Assembly: GCA_977030845.1 (NCBI GenBank)
Contig: OZ365110.1
Span: 30,070,001-30,134,000 of the forward strand
DNA length: 64,000 nt
Source: Fimbriosthenelais zetlandica
Lineage: Eukaryota
Reading direction: 5' to 3'
Shown here: positions 11,933 through 22,743 of the stretch, in pieces
How positions within the stretch are numbered: position 1 is the stretch's first letter
Layout of the letters: each line of letters begins with the position of its first letter
The notes under the pieces: generated by a model
What the model was told of the DNA's origin: nothing
The model's input: the letters and a program-made list of their open reading frames with translations, nothing else
Databases searched by the model: none
Translations under genes and position numbers: made by a program

Positions 11933-13619
11933 AATCACAAGATATGACGAACTGGCTAACTCTGACACAGTGATTCGTTTAAATATTGTTTAGCCATAAT
12001 TCTCTAAACACAAGATTCTCTAATATTTCACTAAACTTTTCAAGATAATCAGATGGTCAAAGATTCCTATGTATTTCTTGAATCTCGTTCTCTGAAAGAT
12101 TGATAGAAAACCGCTTAGGTGTGTCCACACCATAAGACAATACAACATATGTCATTAAAGTCTACATATATATGTAAAAGTTGTCCCTGCGAACATGTGC
12201 AATATGTAACTTGCAGCTGCAATATGGCTTAATACTCGAGATATACAAACATTGCTGCCTCATGGACATGGAGAGAAATAATAGGTATATGATGAGAACC
12301 ATAGAGAACTCATTACATTTTCTGACTTTTTTTTAAAATGCGTATCATTCGCACGTGCCTATTGGACACAGGCCTTGTGGTAAAGTTGGAAATTGGGTAT
12401 ACTGTAAGCATTAACAATAAAATTAGTAGGATATAATCATCGAATCGAATACATTGGTACAAATAGCGGATACGTAAAAGGATTAGCCATCTCACTCATG
12501 CTCACTCATGTGACTGTGGTACCAGCATGCTTGCCTAGGCTTTAACATTGATGATGAATGTATTTGTCATGAGATTTACTAATGTAAAATCTACTACCGT
12601 TATTTTAATATATTGACATCAAAAACATTAGTTATAGATACACTCATAAACTACTATTAGTGCATGCTGGATCTCAGTCCCCTAGAGAATTGTTTTATAG
12701 TATGGATTTGTAATTTTAATCATAGTTTATTTTTATTGAATATTATTGTATGGGTAACGGTAACATTCCTTTTTAGTGTATAGAAAACGGGTATATTTAA
12801 TATTAATGACGATATTACTTTGGGTGCATGTTTTAACGGGATTATCACTGAATTTATTTTGTCTTTATCTGCTGAGAATTTACTGTTATATGAATTCTGA
12901 ATTATTGCAATAAAATCTTTACAAAGTATTGGAAGTATTGGAAAGTATTTACAAAGTATCGGAAGTCTTCCTACATCATTGCACCTATTAGTGATAGTTA
13001 ACAGAAAATGACATTCCTGGTACTATCTTATCAGTTAACCTAATGATAATTAATTATTTACGTATGTTATTTCTTCAAAATTATGACAGTTCAAGTTATA
13101 TCTCTAATATGTATGTAAGGAACTGATTTATGGGCGTACGTGTGCAAATCAATAGATCTGGATTATCATGTTACGCCTCTCCTGGCAGAAATGTCGTTCC
13201 GAAAGACACTGCATGGAATTGATAAGAGATAACAGGTTTCTGACAGTTGGCGTTATTTGCATTCAGATACAAGAAATTAAGTTTAAAAGTGGTATTATAA
13301 AATGGGGCTTCGTCCTGTCATATGAGAACACTGAAGTTCCCTGTCTTACCTGCTTTCTGAATCCTTATCTCCATTTCCCATCCAAATGACTACACTGTAT
13401 TCTTATTTCTTGCAGGTTCAGGGTCAGTATTATGTACATTTCAGTGGGGACCTGTCTCCATTGAATAAGATGTGTAGGCCTAGGCGGAACAAGATTTGGT
13501 GGTCACATAAAAGTTGCTTTATTCCTTCACCAAAGTCTATCATGGGATGATTTTAAAATTCACTTTAAATTTATTCATATACATATTACATTTAGGCCTC
13601 TATACCATTGTTCTAATTA

Positions 13620-14290
13620 TTCCGGTGGCTTGATATTCCGGTGGCTTGACAAGCCACCGGAATACTGTTTTTCACGCCGTTTGTATCTATAGGAATTGTC
13701 GTAGTTAGACAAAGTTTGATTTTCGACTTTCTACTAGAGACAGGAATCTGGTCTTTTGTCCACATGTAGGGCAAGGACTAAGAGGTCAAATTCTATGAGC
13801 TTGACATCAGGTGACGTCACAAAAATTAAAATTAAATTAAATTAAAAAAAAATAAATGGTCACCAAAAATGATGTCACTGGTATCAGGTTACATGTCTAT
13901 GATGCCCTATCATATGATCCCATTATTTGAGCTGTGACTTAATTAATTTTTGCTAATCAGCTAATTAGCATGATATCACTTAAAGCCCGACTCCTCCCAG
14001 CATGGTTATTTCAGGAGAATCATTATATCGATGTGGACTCTTCTGAGGCTTCCTGTTAACGTGGGCTTTTGGGTTTTTTGATTATGTAAGTTGTCAGCGT
14101 CATAATGACCATAGAATTCTATGATAGACGTCACAAAATGATGACATGACAAAAAGTGCTTCACATAAGGGAAATAGTCTCAAAATCAGACTCCCTTGGG
14201 TAATGTCCACATCCTTGCTAAATTTCGTCAACCAACGACCATTATTAAGGGTGTAAATTAATTTTTTAAAAAGAAAAAAAAATATTCCTG
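13620..14290 (-). repeat. Unclassified interspersed repeat with terminal hairpin (TATTCCGGTGGCTTG..AAGCCACCGGAATA)
   Basis: The reverse complement of 13690-13770 (accagattcctgtctctagta...gtctaactacgaca) matches 32395-32450 (accagattcctagctctaata...gtctaactacaaca). The hairpin arm AAGCCACCGGAATA recurs at about 15705. Boundaries are approximate. Confidence 0.6.
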
Positions 14291-15937
14291 CTGAGCCTCG
14301 ATCTTAAAACCCTTTGATTTGTGCACAGACGACTTAGTCCACTGACCCATCGAGATTGTTAATGGAAACAGCGCTGTGGACAAACTTATACTAGACTGAA
14401 TATTGCTAAACTTCATAACACATGCTTATTTTCGAACTATGTATATTAATAATGTCTTTCTCCACATTAGAAAGACTAATTTTCCATTGCCATCCATTGG
14501 AAGCACCTTTCTAGTAGAGTTACCAAAATATAGGCCTACAATTCCAAAATTAGATTAAACAGTCTCTAATTATCTGTGTATATAGGATAAGTACTCCTCT
14601 ATCATACCTCCATTTTACTTAGAAATCCGAATACAATTAAGTGAGAAATAAATAAATTGAAAAAAAAAATAAAACCACTTGATTCGGTTGTGCAATGCTC
14701 TAAGCGGACGCCTAACAGGTTAGGCCAGGAAGCTACGGCCATTGCATCATTCCAGAACTTGAAGTGTTTCGTACGAGATGATTTGCCTCGAGATTTTAGA
14801 GCCAACATTACATAGAAATCGCATCCATCTTGTGTTTTTTAATGAGAAATCCTTTAGAAAATATATATTGTTTGTCAATATTTATTTAATTGTTTAATGA
14901 AGAGGATGAGTATAACTTCTTTCATGAAGAAAGACCCTGTGTATTTTAGCTGGCTAAAAGGGAATCCGAGGCAACCAAAGCCTTGGGGTCACTGGGTCCA
15001 TGACTGGGTCAAAGTGACACATTTACTGTATACATTCATGTGAGGAGTCAATGAAGCTGCTGCCATCTACTGTCAACTACCGTGGTGAATTTTTTCCTAC
15101 TATGGTGGCCCAAAGGTGAAAAATAAATAGGAAAAGTAAATGTGAAATAGTACTTTTTGGAGTTATTAGATCCTTCCCTCCCTTGTTGTTATAGACTTAA
15201 GAGAACCTAAGGTACATTTTGTCCCCACCTGCATGGGCAATTATCTATTTTAATATAAAAATACATTTCTAAATGTTCTATGTGATTAAACTGGTGCTAA
15301 TGCTCCTCCGTGAGGGATGAACAGTTATGCAGTTAAAACAGAGTAGCACATGTACTAATATTCTCCCGATATCTATCATTGAAATAAGAATTAATTTGGC
15401 CATTTTTTTCAATTGATTAGTCAGAAAACCCACAGAAATCTATCCTAAATAAAAAAGAAGAGGCCCATAACTTATATATAATTATTCTCTTGAGAAAAGG
15501 GCCTGTCAGTCACTTAAAATTATTTTTGAGAAAATGACGACCGGTACATCTGGTCATAGGTCAAAATTAGGTCACTTTCAGAATCAAGTCACAGGTCAGG
15601 TTGACCTATTTTTCCTAAAATCAAATGACAGGACCTGGACGTATATTAGGCATAACTATCACATGGTCCACTGGTTTCCCTCCCCACCTTAACATGACCA
15701 CAAAGCCACCGGAATATTACAGTAATCGCTTTGTGATTACAAGTAGACTAGTGAGCAATGTAATTAATAGGCTTCTGTTCAGGCCTACTTAACATTCTAC
15801 AAATCCATAATTGTGATACAATGAACGTTGTATTCCTGGTCAAATGTTGGATTTACTATCCCTGTGAATGATTACCCTGGAATGAAGATAGAGTTATATT
15901 AGATTTAAAATCCTAGGGCAAGGCCTAATCAAGTAAT

Positions 15938-16680
15938 CACTGTAGAACACCGGAAGGGGGTAACGCGCGTAACCTTCCTCAAAATGGCGGCCAAAACACC
16001 GCTCGCTTCGGTAAGTTTTCCTCATTTTTCTCCCATTTAGAGTTATCAGAATGACATCAAAAGTAGTGAGACTGTTAGGAAAAGTGTGCTTGATCTTCTC
16101 GATCTGTTTACTCGGTCTAGTTCACGGCAAAAGCCGCTAAAATAGCCCTCAAAGTGCGAGTCGGTGAGGAGGGTAACTGTCCTGAGGGAGGAGGGTTATT
16201 CCCCCATATGAACAGAGATGAGGAGGGTAACTATCGTTAGTTTTGCTGAATGTACCAACCATTTACAGCCACTTTATCAAAATATTGACATAGGAAACTT
16301 ATGAACAGAAGAAGGTTGCACTGTTGCATCCTATTTAACCGTATTTTGTATGAAATACATGTGGAAACATAACATATTATTTAGTCAGTTACCCTCCTCA
16401 ATCACAGAGTTACCCTCCTCAGGTGTCAAAACCGATGACAGTTACCCTCCTCACCGACTCGCACTTTGAGGGCTATTTTAGCGGCTTTTGCCGTGAACTA
16501 GACCGAGTAAACAGATCGAGAAGATCAAGCACACTTTTCCTAACAGTCTCACTACTTTTGATGTCATTCTGATAACTCTAAATGGGTGAAAAATGAGGAA
16601 AACTTACCGAAGCGAGCGGTGTTTTGGCCGCCATTTTGAGGAAGGTTACGCGCGTTACCCCCTTCCGGTGTTCCACAGTG
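15938..16680. mobile_element. Non-autonomous DNA transposon (MITE/foldback), 743 bp, 244-bp TIRs, 5-bp TSD GTAAT; Transib/RAG-like superfamily signature
   Basis: 15938-16181 is the reverse complement of 16437-16680 with 2 mismatches that I could find. Termini are CACTGT(A/G)...CACAGTG. GTAAT lies at 15933-15937 and 16681-16685. Subterminal GAGGAGGGTAAC-type motifs occur three times on each side. No internal ORF. Confidence 0.9.
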
Positions 16681-18796
16681 GTAATGGTATTTTCAGTTTT
16701 TAGTCATGTCAATTCAAGGCCTTGTACTTGCAGTGATTCCACTATTTAACCAAAAACACTAGATAATTTTGATTTAACTGTGACATCCCTTATTGCCTAT
16801 CCTATTTAGCTATTAAATACACTCTCAGCTCTAAGAGTTAGCCCATCCCATAAGCCAACCAAAATAAACATCCCTGACCTAGTGGAAGGTCGGCCATTTT
16901 GTCTGTTATTGAAAAGAACCAGCTGGGCAGGAGGTGTGTTTAAATCCAGCCTTCTGATTGGCTGATGGTGACAAGCCCCTGACTGAATCCGTGTCATCAC
17001 GGTTTTCTCCTCCGTCTCCCTATTCACCGAGAAAGAGATTTCATTTTCTTCCTTTTATACTATTTCACCAAAGACCATCTATTTCACATTGACATCATTA
17101 TCAAGCCCTGGTCTTCACTGGACCCGATTTCTTCAAGGGTAAGACCTTTTTTGTGTTCTAATCAATATATGGCATGCAGACATCAACAGTAGAATAATGT
17201 GGCTGGCAGCACTATACTAGGACCCGCAGTGGATGGACCATGGAGGAACCTTTTTTCCTTGATCCCTTCATAGCATATTATGGCAGGTGAATTATATAAA
17301 TATAAGGGCATAGACCTGTAACCACGAAGCTAATTTGCCCTTAGGTCAAATTTCTCATGCAGAAATATATATCAAGATATTTGCTACCTAGCTTAATTTA
17401 TTGATGTTATGATAATATCCCTGCATCCATATTAATATTCATGACGGCCTACACATCAATTGCACACAGTAGCCTACCATCCATGTTACATCTCCAATTA
17501 CATATCACAAATACTAATTAGGCTTTTGTCGTTTATTTAGGCCACGAGAGTCCCATCAATTTTCCTTATAGGAAAGAGTTGAAGAAAGCAAGAATTCTTC
17601 TGCTGAGACAAACTAAAAGTATGAAAAATAAGACAGGTTAAATAATACGGGTGGCTCAGTTCTGGCTGGCTGCGTTCGAATGTAGGCCCCTACACACAAT
17701 TATATGGGATGCGCTCTATTCCCACTTTGGCTTTTGGGCAATTCCCATCCCATCCACAGGTAACGTAGCCTACATTCTGTTATGCAATTACACTAAATGT
17801 ACATGTAGGCCTAATTGGTGAAATTAGGAACAATGTAAGACTAGCACTGTAGCAGGCGCTTATCTAAGGCTGTGAGAGAAGATTCTTCGCCGCTCAATAG
17901 ACCTAGCGCTAGTAGGCTTATAATATAGTTATTAACTTAATATACAAGAAAGCATAATACAAGAATATAAAACATCCCCACCCACCCATCCCGCCTCACC
18001 CGCCGTTTTCACATTCGACGCTTCTGCTGACGGTTTGATTTAGGTATTGCACGGTTGGTGGCGCGGCAAGCAGAAGGAACTATCAGATTCGCGCCAGTTT
18101 TATGGATATGGTGATTATGATAATAATGATCCTTGGGAAAGCAAACATTAAGTGGGCAGAACCTTTGGATTAACGATAGGTTAATCCTCCTACAGGCTGT
18201 AAGATTGGACCTTGTCCTCTATAGACTACTAGACTAATGTAAGCCTATTATATAATGCTGAACCTTGGTTCTCTGAATCAAGGTTCATTGTGCATGGACC
18301 CATATGCCATATTGAGCACGATGTACCATATTTGTATTTGCCATGTTACTTACTCAACTTGGGCCACAAGGAGTAGAATGTATACGTACATAACTTAGTC
18401 TACATGTACATCTGTACTCTTACCTATCGCGCCAATTCAAGTTATTTTTATCCAAGGAGCAACAGGTAGGCCTATTATAATGGCAACTAGATTTATACTT
18501 GTTCAATCTCGAATTGTGGTGAATTTGAGGGAAAATAACTCTCCAAGCTTACAAACTGGAAACAAGTTTGTACATGAGATAGATCTGTCCGTATATCTTA
18601 ACGCTCTGGGACACGTGTTTAAATGTCGAATTTGTGACGAGATTTATGCTGTATGCAGATCTATTTTTCATAAGGAAGAGAATGCATGCTTGTTGAATAT
18701 AAAATGTATTCAAATACATAATTTATACATTTTTTAACGTTTAATTTTATTTATTTTTTTAAAATCTTCTTTTTCTCTTCTTGCAGTGAAAGGAAA

Positions 18797-20803
18797 ATGT
18801 CTGTTCACGAGGATACGGCCGTTCTAAACTTCTGTATTGATAACTACGATGGCAAATTGGTCAGGAAAATACACAAATTATCAAAGTCGAAACAATGCTG
18901 TGATGTGGTATTGGTATGTAATGGCGTCAGTGTCCATACCCACAGGGTGATTCTCTGTGCTGGTAGTCAGTACTTTGCCACACTATTCTCTGACCGCTGG
19001 TCACCGTCAGTGTCTCATGATGTCTCGCATCTCTTCTCTGAGAGTAAATTACTAGAGGCATTTGTCAGTTTCATGTACACTGGAAAGATTAAGATCACTA
19101 ACGATAACATAGATGAAATACTGAATGCTGGTACACATCTACTAGTGGATGATCTCCGTGACGTCTGTTCTAAGTATTTGGTGGCCAATCTCTCGCCTAA
19201 GAATTGCCTTTGTATATGGTTGCTTGCTGAGAAATATCACTTAGTCGAAGTTTTTCAGCTCTGTAAAGAGATAACAATTAGTCGTTTCCAAGACTACCTT
19301 ATCCACAAAGAATCCACACTGGAGCTGGCTCCAGACTTCCTGGAGAAGATCGTGGGTGAAGGTGTGCTGCATTTAGTGTCTCAAGCTGATCGTGTTAGAT
19401 TTTTGTTAAAATGGCAGAATCATCAAGAAGACAGAATACTGAGTGATGTCCTGCTGAAATATGCGCCAGAGATTGAAAATGAGAAGTATCTGTCAGATTT
19501 AGGTGTTAGTGATGTGCCATCCGATGAAGGAATGGACGTGGATTGTCAATCAACTCCCCCAAGCCCAATTCACAAGAAACATTTAGTAACTGGTAAGGAG
19601 GAGCAGGTGGAGGCCATCTTTACCTTCACGTACCAAGCATGCTACATCAATATCTATGTCTATTTGAGAAATCACAATCAGTGGAGACACCTGGGGAGAT
19701 TTAATGATAATGAGTTTGGTTTCATCACTAGCTCCAGCCTGGTAGGTTTTCTGGGTCTGCTGGCAATATATGATGATGGCATCGAAGAAAGTTGTTCACT
19801 AGTTGACTTCCAGAACAAATCAGTGAAATCCCTCAAGTGTCCCAGTAATGGGCACAACTCCAGCAGACAAATTTTCTGTTTCAATGGGAAGATCATGCTA
19901 CTGCATGAGAGCAAGTGCAGAAAAGGTAATACCAGTGAAATCGCCCTCTTTGTTTTAGAGCCAAACTTGATGGAATGGCAGAAGGAGCTGGCCACTGAAA
20001 TGACTAAACTCTACCCTGAGTACTCGTGCCGTACGAAGATTTCCTACTCTGTTATAACCTCACGGGGTAAAGCATACATCTGGGCCCAGGATGTGAGCTC
20101 TAACACCTCTGGGCCTTTCTGGATGGTTCTGCAACCGGAAGCAAGTGGGAAGTATGTCATACAACCTCTGGCAAACCCACCAGTATCAATGGCAGACCTG
20201 AGGATTCTTACCCCAATGTCCCTCCGTGGCTGGAAACATGCCACCTTTCGACTAGCAACTGATTCCCACAAAATCTTTGTTTACAGAAGCAAGACTTTAA
20301 CATCCCAAACGATGAAGTATGACATGCTCTTATCATACGACAAAGAAACGGATTCGTGGACAAGAAAAGACAACGTCGTTGCAGACATCCCTAAGAGCAT
20401 TGATGTCCCTGTGACATCAAGACAGTTATCATCTGGTAAAACCTACGTGCAATTGGACCAGAAGTGCAAAGTGCAGTCTCATTTACATGGCTGTACTTAC
20501 GTCATAGAGAAAGCTTGCCCATTTGTAGCAAGACTCTGGGCTCACAGTCTCTCTGATAACTCCTGGAATCCCATGGCACCGCCCCCTATTGAAAACATGG
20601 CTTCTTTTCAGTCATATCACATAGTCAGCTTGGCCAGGTCCGTGAGTAATGCTCTGCAAGGGACAGCATCATTTGGCGGGGCAAATGAAGACTCAGATCA
20701 CAGTCCTATGGTGCATTGGGAGTTGGATGTGAAGGGACGGACATCCAAGATAGAGCTGCAGTCTGCTGCTGCATTCATGTTACAACAATGTACCCATGGC
20801 TGA
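18797..20803 (+). CDS. Intronless BTB-BACK protein with degenerate Kelch-like C-terminus (KLHL/KBTBD-like, putative Cul3 adaptor)
   Basis: 668-aa ORF. CDVVLVCNGVSVHTHRVILCAGSQYF...FVSFMYTGKI is a BTB domain and LSPKNCLCIWLLAEKYHL is BACK. C-terminal Trp-ending units (YDKETDSW, LSDNSWNPMAPPP) suggest a Kelch propeller. A splice acceptor (pyrimidine tract + CAG ending at 18786) indicates a 5' UTR intron. Confidence 0.85.
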   Translation: MSVHEDTAVLNFCIDNYDGKLVRKIHKLSKSKQCCDVVLVCNGVSVHTHRVILCAGSQYFATLFSDRWSPSVSHDVSHLFSESKLLEAFVSFMYTGKIKITNDNIDEILNAGTHLLVDDLRDVCSKYLVANLSPKNCLCIWLLAEKYHLVEVFQLCKEITISRFQDYLIHKESTLELAPDFLEKIVGEGVLHLVSQADRVRFLLKWQNHQEDRILSDVLLKYAPEIENEKYLSDLGVSDVPSDEGMDVDCQSTPPSPIHKKHLVTGKEEQVEAIFTFTYQACYINIYVYLRNHNQWRHLGRFNDNEFGFITSSSLVGFLGLLAIYDDGIEESCSLVDFQNKSVKSLKCPSNGHNSSRQIFCFNGKIMLLHESKCRKGNTSEIALFVLEPNLMEWQKELATEMTKLYPEYSCRTKISYSVITSRGKAYIWAQDVSSNTSGPFWMVLQPEASGKYVIQPLANPPVSMADLRILTPMSLRGWKHATFRLATDSHKIFVYRSKTLTSQTMKYDMLLSYDKETDSWTRKDNVVADIPKSIDVPVTSRQLSSGKTYVQLDQKCKVQSHLHGCTYVIEKACPFVARLWAHSLSDNSWNPMAPPPIENMASFQSYHIVSLARSVSNALQGTASFGGANEDSDHSPMVHWELDVKGRTSKIELQSAAAFMLQQCTHG

Positions 20804-22743
20804 ACTGATTATTTTAAGCTACATAACTGATAAGCTATATACTCTGGTACAGAGACAGTAATTGTTTAGATCGATAGATAGTAATTTAGCAAACCCTTAT
20901 TCACCCTTGAATTAGGGGGCATATATATGCTATATTAAAGCCATAGATTTCTATCTAGAGAATTGTTGACAATTAAAGTAAATAATGGTATGTCAGCTAG
21001 AGTAGGCACTATGGCATTTAATTGGTGAATGGGTATATACAGGGGGTAATCTTGACTTAGAGTGTACTAAATTAAAGGCTTATGCAATCACTTCTGAAAG
21101 TTCATAGCATGCCAAGATAACATTAATTATACTGCCAAGCTTAAAGATTATGTATTACCGCGTATATAATACTATATTTAAGCCACACTGGCCTATATGC
21201 ATTATTGCTAGACAGAGCTTCAAGTTATATATTTTAAGGGCTCGGATTTCATCAACATGTAACGAAAATCAACTAATTCTTCTGGAAAAAATAATTATAT
21301 TGTTGAAATTAATTGCCTTTGATTTATTTTATCTTCATATAGCCTACATGTACAGAAAACTATACATATAATTGTTATAATCCTTTACTATGATGATGTA
21401 TGGGCAATGACAATGTAATTAAAGCTTAATGTGATTACATATATGTAACTATATATATAAGGTATATTGGGACCATAATTGACCAATGTACATATTTCAG
21501 TGCTATATCAATAAAGATTAACTATAATTATAAATCAAATATGTTGTGCGTCTTCTGATTTTCCACGAAAATTTCTGAAATAAAGAGATAATGCACTGCA
21601 TGGGAGAATGTATTTATCCCACTTTTTAACCACATTGTTTTCGCCATGATATAACTGATCTATATTGTCATCAAGATGACCTATATGGTTAGATTACGGT
21701 TTATTCTTATCTGCTCTGTTCCTCGGCCAGTGACCCTTCCCTTAACTCTTCACATCTACTGGAAATTGGAAGAGATAGAAGAGTAATTCTTTGAAAGCCT
21801 GCCATCCCAAGGATCCATCAAACTCTCCTCGATATTTCCTCCATTTTCCTCCAGCAAATTTAAATATGTCTAATACCAAACCTTCCTAACTTTGTTCCAA
21901 TTATGGCATGGCGATAAACCATTATTCATTCATTTTTTCCATGAAACAAGTCATTAGGTCAAGATAGATGGTTTCAAAGTCCACATCATATTGACTGCCC
22001 TTAATTCTTATAATTATACCAACGAGATTAAAATAATTTTACTCTCGTTGATTATACCAACCGTATAGCTAAGCCAGTGAGGAAATCCCCAGCTGGGCCA
22101 CAAGGCTACATGGTGATTTTACTGATATCTGATACGGATTTTGTAAATAATCTGGAACCAATTGGATATTTTTCTTCACTCATTATAAGATAGAGCCCTA
22201 TACATGGGACTATATGCACCACTGAATGATTACAGTTCATCAACGACAAAATCATTATATTCTAATTGTATGTTGCTAGTAGAAAATACTTTTGGCATCT
22301 CTGACTCATGAAAATGTATCAGATTTTATATAGTGAATACCTACAACTATAAAAGTTTGCCCTCCCTATTTATACAATACTATATTACAGTCCCTAAAAT
22401 GAGATAAAAGAGAAGGGTCGTATATCAGACGGCATACTTTCATCTTAGATAAGACTAACATTTTATTACATGTTATATTCAACTTTACGGTACACAAGTT
22501 TATGTATTATAGTGCGAACGATGCATGGTTGCTAGTTACTGCATGCCTGAAAGGTATTCATGACCGGCTTAGACATTCAAATCGGGGCTTGAAGTTTCTT
22601 TACCCCTGATAATTGCTATACTATTTTTCAAGAGTGTTGATTTTATATATACATGTAGCCTATATAATACGTGTATATAGACACCTGGCTCATCCTACTT
22701 TAAAAAAAATCATATTACGGAGAGGAAATACACTTTTGATAAG

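Noticed and set aside
14602-14808. Short minus-strand ORF in a GC-richer patch
   Set aside because: No family motif or clear splice sites; it may be a repeat remnant.
15938-15980. True V(D)J recombination signal (12/23 RSS)
   Set aside because: The end is only heptamer-like (CACTGTG read inward), there is no ACAAAAACC-like nonamer at 12- or 23-bp spacing, and both ends are symmetric.
2-20803. Three ubiquitin-ligase components (SOCS-box, RNF4, BTB-Kelch) within 21 kb as a functional cluster
   Set aside because: These are large unrelated families acting with different cullins or none. Adjacency is explicable by chance.
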